Origin: Octopus sinensis
Lineage: Eukaryota
DNA: 64,000 nucleotides
Direction of reading: 5' to 3'
NCBI RefSeq assembly: GCF_006345805.1
Contig: NC_043002.1
Location: 118,854,001-118,918,000, forward strand
Shown: one piece after another, positions 13,436-26,222 of the stretch
How the letters are laid out: the number at the start of each line of letters is the position of its first letter
Numbering within the stretch: position 1 is the first letter of the stretch
Position numbers and translations under genes: made by a program
The notes under the pieces: model-generated
Database searches by the model: none
Told to the model about the DNA's origin: nothing
The model's input: only the letters and a program-made list of their open reading frames with translations

Positions 13436-13839
13436 TCATCATCGTTTAACGTCCGTTTTCCGCGCTAGCACGGGTTGGATGGTTCGACCGGGGTCTGGGA
13501 AGCCAGGGGCTGCACCAAGCTCCAGTCTGATCTGGCAGAGTTTCTACAGTTGGATGCCCTTCCTAACGCCAACCACTCCGAGAGTGTAGTGGGGGCTTTT
13601 TACGTGCCACATGCACAGGTGCTAGGGGGCTCCGACATCGGCCACGATCAGTTGGAGCTTTTAACGTGCCACCGGCACGGAAGACAGCCAAGGCGGCGCT
13701 GGCAACGGCCACATTTGGATGGTGCTTTTTATGTGCCACTGGCACGGAAGCCAGCCAAGGCGGGGCTGGCAACGGCCACATTTGGATGGTGCTTTTTATG
13801 TGCCACCGGCACTGGAGCCAGTCGAGGCAGCGCTGGCAT
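13436..13839 (-). mobile_element. SINE-like family M, minus example
   Basis: (CAT)n then the reverse-complement body. Other - copies at about 2346-2770, 10936-11262, 23729-24125, 26385-26798, 46161-46526, 49290-49540, 51275-51605. Confidence 0.88.
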
Positions 13840-14187
13840 GCGACTAATTTTCATTTTATTTCTAGCAGTACCATCATGACTGTCATCCTTATTACAATTA
13901 TCTGATTTCCCTATATAGTTAGGCAACTACAATATGCAATATAAATGTCTCTAAAGTAAAGCAGGCTTGTAAGATTGATGCTTAATTCTGGATCTGTAGT
14001 GTCAAATGGATGATTGGTGCTTGTGGTACAGCTTTAACTCATGTCTTCTCAACATATTCTGAAGCAACTAATTACATGTCTTGGAGACATATTGAACAGT
14101 TCTTATCACATCTAATTTGTTCCTTAGCTTTCTCAGAATTATTATTGTTGTCTCTCAATCCTTGGTGACTTTTTGTGGTGATTACAC

Positions 14188-14590
14188 CATCATCATTTTA
14201 ATGCCTTCTTTTCCATACTTGCATGGGTTGGATGGAGTTTATTATTGAGACTGATTTTCTATGGACGGATGACCTTCTTGTCAACAACCCCTCACCTGTT
14301 TCCAAGCAAGGTAACAATTACCCATGGGCAGATATATTTTCACATAATATTGAAAATAAATGACACTACTTGTATGACTGACAATTATCATTTGATGTCA
14401 AGACAAAGTGAGAGAGAGACACACGCACACACACACTATACATAAATATGACAGGCTTCTTTCAGTTTCCATCTACCAAATCCACTCTCAAGGTTTTGGT
14501 CAGCTCAGAGCTATAGTAGAAGGCGATTACCCAAAGTGTCACACAGTGGAACTGAACCCGTAACCATGTGGTTCGGAAGTAACTACAGCC
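14188..14590 (-). mobile_element. Older hybrid SINE (family A-like head, family M-like 3' end and (GAT)n tail)
   Basis: Related copies at about 10105-10510(-), 38503-38905(+), 51680-51860(-, partial). Confidence 0.65.
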
Positions 14591-14995
14591 AAGTGTGCCA
14601 AAGATTAGGTTTTCTCTTCGGGTGCCAGAAGACATTTTAGTCTTGATATCTGGCTGACTCTCTACAAAGCAAAGTAATTACATTAAAGTCTACTCACATA
14701 TCTGTGAGTACATTGCTACTAAACATACAAATATCCTACATTACACCCAAAAGAAAGCCATCAAACTTACTACCAAAGATTCACTCACCAGCATGATTTA
14801 ACCTCTGGCCTACAAATTTAATATTTCTTCTTTGCATTTATTTATTTAACAGTTATTACTAAATCTCTGAAATTACGCTTTGTGTAACATCTCAACTTAA
14901 GCTTACCTATCGCACACGTCTTTTCTCCAGTTGTCCTCCTCATTGTTTCACTCCTGCCCAAAATTCCTATTCAAGACTTTCCTACTCAGAACACA

Positions 14996-15617
14996 TCATC
15001 ATCATCATCATTATTGTTCGACCTTGGTCGAGACAATGGAATTTACCATGCTACGCCAGACTTCACGGTCCATCATGGCATTACGGAGGTCCTGTTGCTG
15101 GATGCCTGTATCCCTGGAGATTACATCAGGGTAGGAGAGTGTGCGCCCTCTGGTATTGCGAGTAGATGGCTTCCAGAGGAGAAGAGTAGAAATTACCTCT
15201 TTTTCAGCTCTACAACAATGTCCAGCAAACTGGACTCTCTTACCTTTCACAAGAGATGACACAGGTGGTAGTTTCCCATATATTTGCATTTTGGTTGAAT
15301 GGCGCTTCCACGAGAGATTTTGAGCTCTCATAAGGAGGCGAGTGTAGGTTCCATCCAACCGCCTCTCAAGCTTCTTTGATAACGTCCAGGTTTCTGAGCC
15401 ATATAATAGAATTGGTTCGACTGTGGCTTTGAAGATTTCAAGTTTGAAGTCTCTACTTAGATTTGATGACCAGATCTTATGCATGTCATTACAGGCTGAC
15501 CAGGTCATACCCTTTCTAGTTAGAAAGTCTTTTCCAGATGATGATATGTATGACCCAAGATATTTGTAATCAGAAACCATATTTAAGGGCACATTGTTGA
15601 GAGTATGGATGATGCAA
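14996..15617 (-). mobile_element. 5'-truncated RTE-clade LINE with 10-bp TSD
   Basis: YKYLGS...LLYGSETW...QFAGHC...DREVWR RT C-terminus; (TGA)n tail; TCAGAACACA at 14986-14995 and 15618-15627. Confidence 0.9.
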
Positions 15618-18374
15618 TCAGAACACACTCCCTATTATTAACTGGCAGAAGTTAAGTCAGACGTCAGCTACATTGGCTTCACTTATCTGGAAAGACCTGC
15701 AAACATAACTGGCTCTCACTCCTACTAAATAAAAAATAAGATTGCCTTCATGTAAAGATTTGCGTGTATTCATATAATTTTTTTATTCAGTTTTGACAAT
15801 TATTCTATTGACTCTATCAATGTGTATCCATAACAGCATCAATAAAATCCATTATGTAAATCACTGGATAATGGAACCATCACACACACATTGGCAAGGT
15901 GAATGGTGGCTAGTTACTAATCAGTCACTTATCTTCTCATCAATAGTAGCCTCTTTTTTTCTTTCTCTTTCTCCATTGTTATTATTTCATGGCTGTTGCC
16001 AACGATACACTAATAACTGTTTGAGATTTCTTTCGTTTCTAGCTTCTTTTTTTTTTCCCCCATCAAAATCTTAATGATACTGCAATAAAATGTTATTGGA
16101 ATTTTATATTAGACTATCTCAGAATTATTAAGATGTGGGGTAAAAAGATTGTGTGACCTCCAACCTTTCTTCAAGAGCATTAGTGACATAAGTAAAGTGA
16201 AATCAAACCCAATGCTCTCTGATAGATTTAGCTTGCTGAAAAACATGTTTGTTACTACAAGAACATTCACCAGCCAATTTCTATTATAACCGAATCCCAT
16301 GGTTTATTCACTACTGTAATAGTCGATATAGTTATAACACTATTGCTGCTCTCCAGCATCAGCAGCAACCTCTACTGTTGTTAGGTACGTTATGTCTTAC
16401 TGTCTTCTTTTACCTATTTGTCAGATTCTTAACGACCTTCTGTATAGTTATAATTAACAAATGACCTTGTGGCAAGCTGCGTTAAGTAGAAGATAAGTTT
16501 TCAGAAAACCAAGTCCATAAACTGGTTTTTCTTTAGCAATTGAAATCAATTCACTTATTTATACCGCTTATGAAGTAGAGATGAACTGGTCACAAGTTCA
16601 AATCTACTGCTATCCTAACATAATTTCATAGGTCACCTAGTTTTCTAGATGATATAAGATGGAAATAGACTGGCATCCTAAACAAGGAGAGATTATTTAC
16701 TTCGCACTAGGCTTTCAAAGGACTTCACAGAGTTTAGGAGACATAATACATACACTTTCTTTTTCTCATATTTTACATCTACCACCTCCTTTATAATCTT
16801 GTTTCTTCTTTAATGTATCTATTTTCCCTAAAGTATATCTCTTTGTCTTATCTGAACCTCCCTCCATACATTATACATCTGTTTCTCTTTGCCTACATCA
16901 CCCTCTGTTCAAACAGCAATAAATTTATTAATGAGCCTGCACTAATTGTCATTGTCATTTTATGTCAATTATTTTCTAGTGCTGGCATGAGTAGGACAAT
17001 CCTCAAAGCATGGATTGTCATGGTCGTCCTTCATCTGTTTCACCAACAGCAACAAATAAAACCAGCCAACCTTATTGTTCTGTATGTCTTACTTGGGTAC
17101 TCCAGGCACCAGATTGGTTTCTATGTCCACTCTACTTCTTATTCAGAGATACTGCCTTTCTAGACGGGTGGCCTGTTATGTGGCATGCAAAGTCTATATT
17201 TCATTTGCACATTCTGTTTTAAGCACAGTTTCTATGATTTGATGTTTTATCTATCTACAGCTACATTTGCAATATATATTGGGTGCACTTAGCATACTGC
17301 AGAGTGATACAATAAAGTCTGCCTAATACACATTCGGTATATAGAACGGTTTCCAGATGCCCTGGCTTTTATTTCTAATAGTTAGGTGAACTGGGGTATA
17401 TTGAAATAGCTGTTCTTTTATGCATGTAGTGGATTGGAAGTCAAGACTGTTGCTTCAGTAGTCAAACATCAGGAAAGGTGGCATGGTATCTAAGCAGAAA
17501 AAAATGCTACAGACGTCCAGAGTCACCATTGTATTGGCATCTGTCAAATGTGTAACAAAACATTTTGAGACAATAAGGATGATTTCGTGGTCATCATCCA
17601 TATGAACAGACAAACAAGAAATCATCTACTAACATCAGGAAGCTTGCTGTATTCAGTTGCATGTAGGGGAACTGAGGCAGCAAGCAGCACTGGTGATAAG
17701 GTACAGGATATTGACCTGAGCTGGCACTCTTAGCATCTTCATAACTGAATCTTTCTCTCTCTCTCTCAATTACTAAAGTACCAGACAGCTAAGAAAATTA
17801 GTAAGAATTTGTGGAGTTGGACCACTAACCCAATAATAATGTTTAAACATTACTACAGCTATTGTGAGGACAGCTTATATAGGACGGGGTAGGGCATAAC
17901 AGGTTAGTTTTTCCAAAATTTTGAAAACAATGTCAAATAAAAACCAACATGTAACAGTTGGCGCAGGAATGGCTGTGTGGTAAGTAGCTTGTTTACCAAC
18001 CACATGGTTCCGGGTTCAATCCCACTGCGTGGCACCTTGAGCAAGTGTCTTCTACTATAGCCTCGGGCCGACCAAAGCCTTGTGAGTGGATTTGGCAAAC
18101 AGAAACTGAAAGAAGCCCGTCGTATATATGTATGTACATATATATAAATATGCGTGTGTATGTTTATGTGTCTGTGTTTGTCCCCCTGGCATTGCTTGAC
18201 AACCAATGCTGGTGTGTTTATGTCCCCGTTACTTAGCAGTTCGGCAAAAGAGACCGATAGAATAAGTACTGGGCTTACAAAAGAATAAGTCCCGGGGTCG
18301 AGTTGCTCGATTAAAGGTGGTGCTCCAGCATGGCCGCAGTCAAATGACTGAAAAGAGTAAAGAGTTAACATGGA

Positions 18375-19260
18375 TTTACAATCTCAAATGAATAAAATGA
18401 TTCTGATAAGCACTTCAAATGAATTGGGAGGCTATTTTGAATGCTCATTTCATATATACATAATCATATTTGAACTACCTTTGTATCTGCTCCAGAACCT
18501 CTTGCAGATGGAGCACTCAGCATCTTATTCCTCTGAATCATCTGCACTATCATAGTTTTGTCACACTCTGCGTTACCTGTTTTATGCCATTTTGGAGCAA
18601 GTTACCCTCTTTCCTTTCCACTCTTAGACTTTTGTTGTTTCTTTGGTGTATTTTTACTTCTCTTTTCCTCCTTGATTCTATGTAAATATCAGTAATTACA
18701 CGAAACAATGCTATTAAATCACTTTCAGATACTGGCACATATCTGTAGGGTGTGGAAGACTTCTTTAGTTCTTCTTCTCTTCTATTTATAGAAGTCTCTG
18801 TGCTATGTCTTAAGTGACCCATTATACCACACTTTTGAATTTCCTTGACTTTCAGAATTTTCAAGGATATTTTATTTATTCAACATAACATAGGCAAAGA
18901 AGACACTCAGAACATACCTCTGGTACAAACGATCCAAATATACAGTTCTTCTTGTAGCACCATGAAGTTTTGTTTGACAATTAAAAGTTGGTTAATCTAG
19001 TGACTGAAGTCTGTGATCCAGAACAACGAACTTGAAAAGTAGTCCGAAGAAAGGATGGTGCCATAGTGTCATGCTTCCTGTTTTGGAGTTGAGAGAAACT
19101 GATAAATATCTGGCAAAGGACTCAATATGCCTCTCCTTCCCTATTGTTTGTGTTTCGGCTCCTTCACAGTTGAATGGCTCGTGATTGGTAAGGATGGGCA
19201 GTCTGAAATTTGTTCCAACAACCTGGAATTGTCCAAATTTTACAAAACAAACTTCAGCTT
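18375..19260 (-). mobile_element. Decayed pogo/Tc1-like transposase C-terminus with PHD-like Cys motif
   Basis: Broken frames give IQKCGI..., SSTPYR, an acidic stretch, then ECSICKRFW...K*A...FI*DCK; many stops and frameshifts. Confidence 0.35.
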
Positions 19261-20090
19261 ACCTACTTTAAACATAGGGAAAATGTGTAAACAATAAAAA
19301 GAAAGACAAAAGGTAATTGTTAATTGTGTTGAATTTTCAGCCTATCCTAGAAAACAAGCATAAAATCTTTCAATTTGCTTTTCTTCTGTACAAAGAAATA
19401 CGATTTTGTTAGTTGACATAGTTCTAGCAGTTTTTATCCTTCTTTTTGCCTTAGTGCTGTTTCCATGACTTCCCAATACAAAGCTTACATTTATTAAATC
19501 TTTACAATAGGCGCAGGAGTGGCTGTGTAGTAAGTAGCTTGCTAACCAACCACATGGTTCCGGGTTCAGTCCCACTGCGTGGCATCTTGGGCAAGTGTCT
19601 TCTGCTATAGCCCCGGGCCGACCAATGCCTTGTGAGTGGATTTGGTAGATGGAAACTGAAAGAAGCCTGTCGTATATATGTATATATATATATATATAAG
19701 TGTGTGTGTATATGTTTGTGTGTCTGTGTTTGTTCCCCTAGCATTGCTTGACAACCGATGCTGGTGTGTTTACGTCCCCATCACTTAGCGGTTCGGCTAA
19801 AGAGACCGATAGAATAAGTACTGGGCTTACAAAGAATAAGTCCCGGAGTCGATATGCTCGACTAAAGGCGGTGCTCCAGCATGGCCGCAGTCAAATGACT
19901 GAAACAAGTAAAAGTAAAAGTATATATATATGTAAGAACCATTTTTTTCTTGGCTTTTGATGTGTTTGGCTTTTATTTCTTTTCTAAATTGTTTTCTTGA
20001 CGTATAACACTGTTATTTTCTATGTGCAAAACACTTTTTAAAGCTTATGTTGCTTCTGTTTTCTCTTGTTTCAACAGACATTCTAACAAA

Positions 20091-20256
20091 ATGAAAGCTG
20101 CTTTGACGTGTCCATTTTTGACCAAGTTCTCTGTTAGTTACATCCGCCAGCATGCACCACAGGTGCTAAGCAACATCAACCATTGCCCTTATGCTGGCAG
20201 TATTTCTCATTACTCTTCAAGTCTGCAGCAGCAACTTGAGAGTGTTACTGTTGGAG
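20091..20256 (+). CDS. ALAS: 5-aminolevulinate synthase, coding exon 1 (mitochondrial presequence, HRM1 TCPF, HRM2 HCPY)
   Basis: Acceptor ttgtttcaacag ends 20077; ATG 20091; MKAALTCPFL...NHCPY...SVTVG; donor G|gtaagt at 20257 (phase 1). Confidence 0.93.
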
Positions 20257-20339
20257 GTAAGTCACATCTAAATCATTGTGCACATACTCACATACTGGGA
20301 TGAAACTTTTTCATAATAATAACTAGTTGATAACATTAA

Positions 20340-20560
20340 CCGTTTAGCATTCAGATTACTCTGTCAAATCTAATGCTTATTTATTCACCTTGTTTTGAAT
20401 CAACCATGCACTGTCTCATAGCTTCAAGATTTCAATAATGTGATTGCTTATTTTTCAGAATCACATTGTGGGATAGGTATGAAAAGTTGGATCTGGCCAA
20501 TTTGAGCATAAAACAAGTAGAATATTTGGGCCGGATATGGCCAGTTTGAATGCTAAAGGG
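20340..20560. mobile_element. piggyBac-like MITE family 2
   Basis: TTAA|CCGTTTAGCATTC...GAATGCTAAAGGG|TTAA. Confidence 0.75.
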
Positions 20561-21617
20561 TTAAACAATAAAGAGCTTTGGACCTACTAATTTTGATAAC
20601 AATAATCAGTCATTAAGATTATCCCTTATAACAATAACTGGCTCCCAAATTTCCAGTAAATCCTTTTCTTCACACATTCTGCCATCTTAATAAAGAACAT
20701 TGGAAAATGGAAAAAAATAAAATGGCTATGACTGGGATGCTGTTGATTATAGTTCTGCTTGATCAAAAGTTACCTAAGACAGGCTTCTTTTTTGACTTGC
20801 AGTGCCAAAGATGAGATTAGTCAAGTTCTGTGGGTCAATACAAAATATGGAGTTAATAAGTTGCTTATATTATAATAAACTAAATAAATAATTGTACATC
20901 ACATCTTGATAGATATTTGTATTGTTTTGTGACAGCTCCTCTGATTTTTGGATGTCATTCAAATGGTTGGTCCTTGTTGGGTGAAATAAAACTATGAGTA
21001 GGTCAGGGAATTAGTGTTCAATTAACCAATTTTTATCCTATTACTGATGAAGGTGCACAGCCTGGAGGTCAGGGTGTTACAATCACGATCTTGCGATCAT
21101 AGTTTCAATTCCTGGACCTAGTGGTGCGTTGTGTTCTTGAGCATGATGCTCTACAATCAATTCAACACCTGACATGTGGCACGCCATGCATCCGTTCAGG
21201 TAATGTTGAATTGATGGAGGGAGTGAGCTAATGTACGGCACAAATATTTCATCACTATAAACAAATTATTTGTGCAAGTTGTTTAGCAAGAAATTGCTGA
21301 ACCATTTTTCTCAGACTACAAGAGAATGCCATCATCATCATCATCATCATCATCACCATCCTATTATTGGCTCTATTCATAATCAAAACTCTTGCCTCTC
21401 AACAATCCAGGTTTTCTAACTGTAAAAATATCACAATTGGAATAGTTTTACAGCAACTTCAAATGAATAAGCACTTCAGTGCTGAGTTGAGATCTCCCCA
21501 TGGGTTTGGGCCATGATAGAAGCACTTACATCATGGTCACATTCATATTTATTGCTTTTATTGATACATAGCAATAATTGTATTGATAACATACAATGGG
21601 TATATGGTTAAAAGATA

Positions 21618-22124
21618 TCTATATATATAAAACTCTAGTTGTGTGAGTGTCTGTCCCCTTCGATTTAGATTCCTAACTCCTCCCACATTTTGCAGTGCAG
21701 TTTAACCAAATTTGGCTATCTTATAGTCGTGATTAATATCGAGCCCGTCTGGATATTAGCACGCGTCTACGATGAGTCTACGATTTTAAAAATAATTTAA
21801 CATAATTTTTTATTCCATTTTAATGCATAATTTTTCGTGTGTCGATGGCGGCAGAGTTGCCGTCCACGCTCACAGCTGCACCTGTTTGCTTCTCCCCCTT
21901 CTTCCCTCCCTCGTGAAGCTGTGGGGAAGGGAGTGTAAAGAAATCAACGTCGTAATGCGTTGTGAAGGAGACCAGCGTTCTTTTAGAACAACGACTTCAT
22001 GGCTTGAAGACACCAAAACAAAAATGGCTAAGAAAGCCCGAATTTATAAGGGAAGTAACTCTCTAAAAATGGTTATATAGTTATTTCCCTTACAAATCCG
22101 AGCAACGCCGGGCGATACTGCTAG
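21618..22124 (+). mobile_element. Non-autonomous Helitron, first unit of head-to-tail dimer
   Basis: A|TCTATATATATAAAA...GATACTGCTAG, joined directly to the next TC. Confidence 0.85.
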
Positions 22125-22641
22125 TCTATATATATAAAACTGTAGTTGTGTGAGTGTCTGTCCCCTTTGATTTAGATTCCTAACTCCTCCCACATTTTGC
22201 GGTGCAGTTTAACCAAATTCGGGTATCTTATAGTCGTAATTCATATCAAGCCTGTCTGGCTATTAGCGCGCGTCTACGATGAGTCTACGATTTTAAAAAT
22301 AATTTAACATCATTTTTTATTCCATTTTAATGCATAATTTTTCGTGTGTCGATGGCGGCGGAGTTGGCGTCCACGCTCAAACACCTGCACCTGTGTTTGC
22401 TTCTGCCCCTTCTTCCCTCCCTCGTGAAGCTGTGGGGAAGGGAGTGTAAGGAAATCAAAGTCGTAATGTGTTGTCAAGGAGACCAGCGTTCTTTTAGAAC
22501 AACGACTTCATGGCTTGAAGACACCAAAACAGAAATGGCTAAGAAAGCCCGAATTGGCATCTATAAGGGAAGTAACTCTCTAAAAATGCTTACATAGTTA
22601 TTTCCCTTACAAGCCCGAGCAACGCCGGGCGATACTGCTAG
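22125..22641 (+). mobile_element. Non-autonomous Helitron, second unit of head-to-tail dimer
   Basis: TCTATATATATAAAA...GATACTGCTAG|T; similar to but diverged from the first unit. Confidence 0.85.
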
Positions 22642-24330
22642 TAATTAATAAGATCAAAGATCTATCATGTAAGATCAATAATCTAAGAAAGACCATCACC
22701 ATTTCCTAATACCAACTTAACAGCAAAGTTGAAAAATAAACACTCAAGAATATTTTAAAACATGAATAAAAAGTTTTTTTTTTGACATAGGATTTCCTTC
22801 TTTTGCAATAAAACCTAAAAAAAGTTGTAGATTCTGAATGCTTAATAAATTTCTTCACTATTGTTGAAATTTATACAGTTTTCTTCTTCAGTTCTAAGAT
22901 CTTTCTTGTGCACTCTTCACCAGGGAAAGAGGAATGTTTATTTATTAAAATGTCATTCTATATTGTTGTTGCTTTAAATTTTTCAGAACAGATCAGACAC
23001 AATAGTAAGCCAACTGAGACTTTAATAAAAGCATACATCACTATTTAAGCTCTGTTGTAGGTTCTCTTTTTATTGTCAATTTTTCATTTTCTAGTATAAT
23101 TGCTTTATAGTATCACAATAAATTCATCATTATAAAATTCTTACAAAAAATTTTTTTCCAAAAAGATATTTTACTGAATAATGTCTGTAGACAACAGAAA
23201 AATTACAAATGAAGCTAACCATAAGCTTCATCAGTGTCATGATTCTGATAGGGGCCCCTATTGCTGGTGGGAGTAAAGGAAGGAGAAAAGTACCTTCAAA
23301 TCTAGGTCTTAATCCAAATACGTACAACAGAGTGGATTCTCCTGAAGGCATCCAAAGTACCAGGTAGTTGTGTTAAACTGGGTAATGAATTAAGTCTACC
23401 ACAAAAGTGGGTATGGTGAGATTTGAACTCACAATGCAAAGAACTGGAACAAATACTGCAAGAAATGACAATTTTTAGTTTCACCAATCCTCTACTATGG
23501 ATTGGTACTTTTTTATCATCACTGGAAGAATGAAGGCCAAGTTAATATTTTTTTTAAATCATCAAAGCATCCACAATCCATTCAAAATTGGTTAAAGAGT
23601 AGCATGATCCAGAACAACAGGTTCCTCACCCTTGCTCTGTACAAAACACCAGTCTTTGCCTCTCAAATAACATTCCCAGATAGGTTGATATCTGTTCTTC
23701 TTAACTGTGTCAGCTGCAGTATATAGAATCATCATCATCATCATTGTTTAGTGTCTGCTTTCTATGCTAGCAGGGGTTGGACAACTTGATTGAGGATTGG
23801 CAAACCAGATGGCTGCACCAGGCTCCAGTCTTGATCTGGCAGAGTTTCTACAGCTGGATGCCCTTCCTAACGCCAACCACTCCGAGAGTGTAGAGGGTGC
23901 TTTTACGTGCCGCCGGCACGAGGGCCAGTGAGGCGGTACTGGAAACAGCCACACTCAAATGGTGTTTTTTACGTGCCACCTGCACAGGAGCCAGTCCAGC
24001 AGCACTGGCAACAACCTCACTCAAATGTTTTTACACATGCCACCAGTCATTGAATTTGATTTCAATTTCACTTGCCTCAACAGGTCTTCGCAAGCAGAGT
24101 TTAGTGTCCAATGAAGGAAAGTTCTGCTATTCAAATACACAATTAAACACTTGCAATAGATTTTAAAATAAAATGTATTCCAAATAGCTGTAAAGTAGAG
24201 AAGCTAGTTTTATAATTCAAAGAAAATTTATTTACTTTTCTTAGTGGCACAAGCACAATACCAAAAGACTAACAACTTCACCATTGTCAGTGAAGTGCCA
24301 AAACTTGACAGGGGACTTGACACAACAAGA

Positions 24331-24397
24331 ATTTCCATTCAAAATGCTTGCCATTAACACATGATGTAGCTCTGTGAAGTTGTCATGGTGTTTGCCT
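24331..24397 (-). mobile_element. Possible Tc1/mariner transposase C-terminal relic
   Basis: RQTP*QLHRATSCVNGKHFE resembles the terminal CxxxNGxHFE motif; short and weak. Confidence 0.25.
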
Positions 24398-25503
24398 TTT
24401 GTTGAAGCCAAATTTAAGAGATTTTTTTTTAGTAGTTAATTAACCAATGTTTCATGAATAAATTATATCTGGGTGGAAATGTCATAAATTTCTCCAGTTG
24501 GAATGTTTCCTTTGTGTAAACCTAATTTGTTGTGAATGCTAAGAAATATAATGATATCTATTCAAACACAATTCACTTCACTGCTGTAAATCATAACAAT
24601 AACCAATGCAGCTTATTAATGTTATTTTTTTTTTAAAGCCAATTATTTCATTTTAAATTCAAAAAATATTCCATCCTCTTTGCTTTACAAATCTCTCTTA
24701 CATAAGTCTTTTCACATTCGCTCTGTCTCTCTCTCGCTCTCTCCCTCCCACACATTTTCTAGTACTCTCTCCTTCCTTTAGTACTCTCTCTCCATTTTAT
24801 CTCACTGTTTTGTTTCGCCTTTCCTCTTCCTTCAACTCTCCCTCACAGTTTCACATGTCACACAAAAGCCTTAATGCATTCTTAGTATTAACGCTGTCAT
24901 TGGTAATATTAATATAACTGAGTGGAGTTAGTTTTACAAATTTAGACATCCATGGACCATTGATGCACACATATATATATATATACTCTATACTCTTTAC
25001 TCTTTTACTTGTTTCAGTCATTTGACTGCGGCCATGCTGGGGCACCGCCTTTAGTCGAGCAAATCGACCCTGGGACTTATTCTTTGTAAGCCCAGTACTT
25101 ATTCTATCGGTCTCTTTTGCCGAACCGCTAAGTGACGGGGACGTAAACACACCAGCATCGGTTGTCAAGCAATGCTAGGGGGACAAACACAAACACACAC
25201 ACATACACATATATACATATATACGACAGGCTTCTTTCAGTTTCTGTCTACCAAATCCACTCACAAGGCATTGGTCGGTCCGGGGCTATAGCAGAAGACA
25301 CTTGCCCAAGATGCCACGCAGTGGGACTGAACCCGGAACCATGTGGTTGGTTAGCAAGCTACTTACCACACAGCCACTCCTGTGCCTATATATATATATA
25401 TATATATAGTTAGTCCAAACATGAAAACACAAAAGAGAAAACACAACAACGTGAGGACGGGGAACAAGTATAGTATTATTGGACACTCAGGAAAGAAGGA
25501 GGG

Positions 25504-25537
25504 CTTAACGTTTCAAGCGGAGCTCTTCGTCAGAAAC
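25504..25537 (-). ncRNA. Minimal type I hammerhead motif in a pLTR-like fragment (about 25410-25620)
   Basis: gttt-CTGACGA-a-gagc tcc gctt-GAAAC-GTT|aagc; palindromic stem III AACGTT; fragment abuts (TA)n. Confidence 0.65.
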
Positions 25538-25943
25538 ATAGGAAAAGGAAAGATCCAAAGAAGGGAAGACAGAGGAAAAAAAATAATAAATCGCCAACGG
25601 TACACACACGGTCACATTTTGAATGAGAAAGCAGAAACTGTGAGGAAATCATTCCTGTTCTTGAGTGGTAGACTATAATCTGTTGACTAGTTTATCACCA
25701 CTGGGCCTTTGTGCTTAGGTGTCTTTTACTGAAATTTACCTTCTTGAATTTCCCAAATTGCGAATAACTTCTATCCTCATTTCTCCAATCTTTGGTTGCT
25801 ACCCTTCCCATGCTAAGTAAACCATTACTACATATGCATCTCTCTCTCTCTCTCTCTCTCAAATGAACTTTTGTGAGTTACTTCAATTAACTGTAAACAC
25901 CCTGGTTAGTATCAGATGAGACAAATCATATCAATGTTTGAAA

Positions 25944-26123
25944 TAGTTAGTTAGTTAATTAGTTAATTTTTGGGCTCAAAAAGCAAAAAGCAAGGCCATG
26001 TAGGGGGAGATGGAGTTATGTACAGGGTGGTGTTCATGTAAAGAGTTCAGGCCACTTGAGGTCAAGGGAGACTTTGAACCGAGCGGTCGTCGGCATCTTC
26101 ACCATCTCGTCTGGCAGCTTACT
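25944..26123 (-). mobile_element. CR1-like LINE 3' end
   Basis: KLPDEMVKMPTTARFKVSLDLKWPELFT* (LP...FK..LD motif), short 3' UTR, (TAAC)n tail. Confidence 0.6.
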
Positions 26124-26222
26124 CTTGAATTACTCAAGATAACAACTTACTAGCTAAACTTATTCAACATTCATGGCAAGCAGATGAAGCGAGTAAATTC
26201 CATATTTTACTTAATGTTGTAG

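Noticed and set aside
17510-17650. Possible mariner-like coding relic (GICQMC...F*DNKDDF)
   Set aside because: Similarity too weak to support by eye.
20078-20090. Iron-responsive element in the ALAS 5' UTR
   Set aside because: No CAGUGN loop hairpin in the visible UTR; the true first exon is unknown, so absence is not established.
21823-22597. Duplicated 83-85 aa ORFs as a tandem gene pair
   Set aside because: They lie within the Helitron dimer cargo, start at non-ATG or variable codons and have no splice support.
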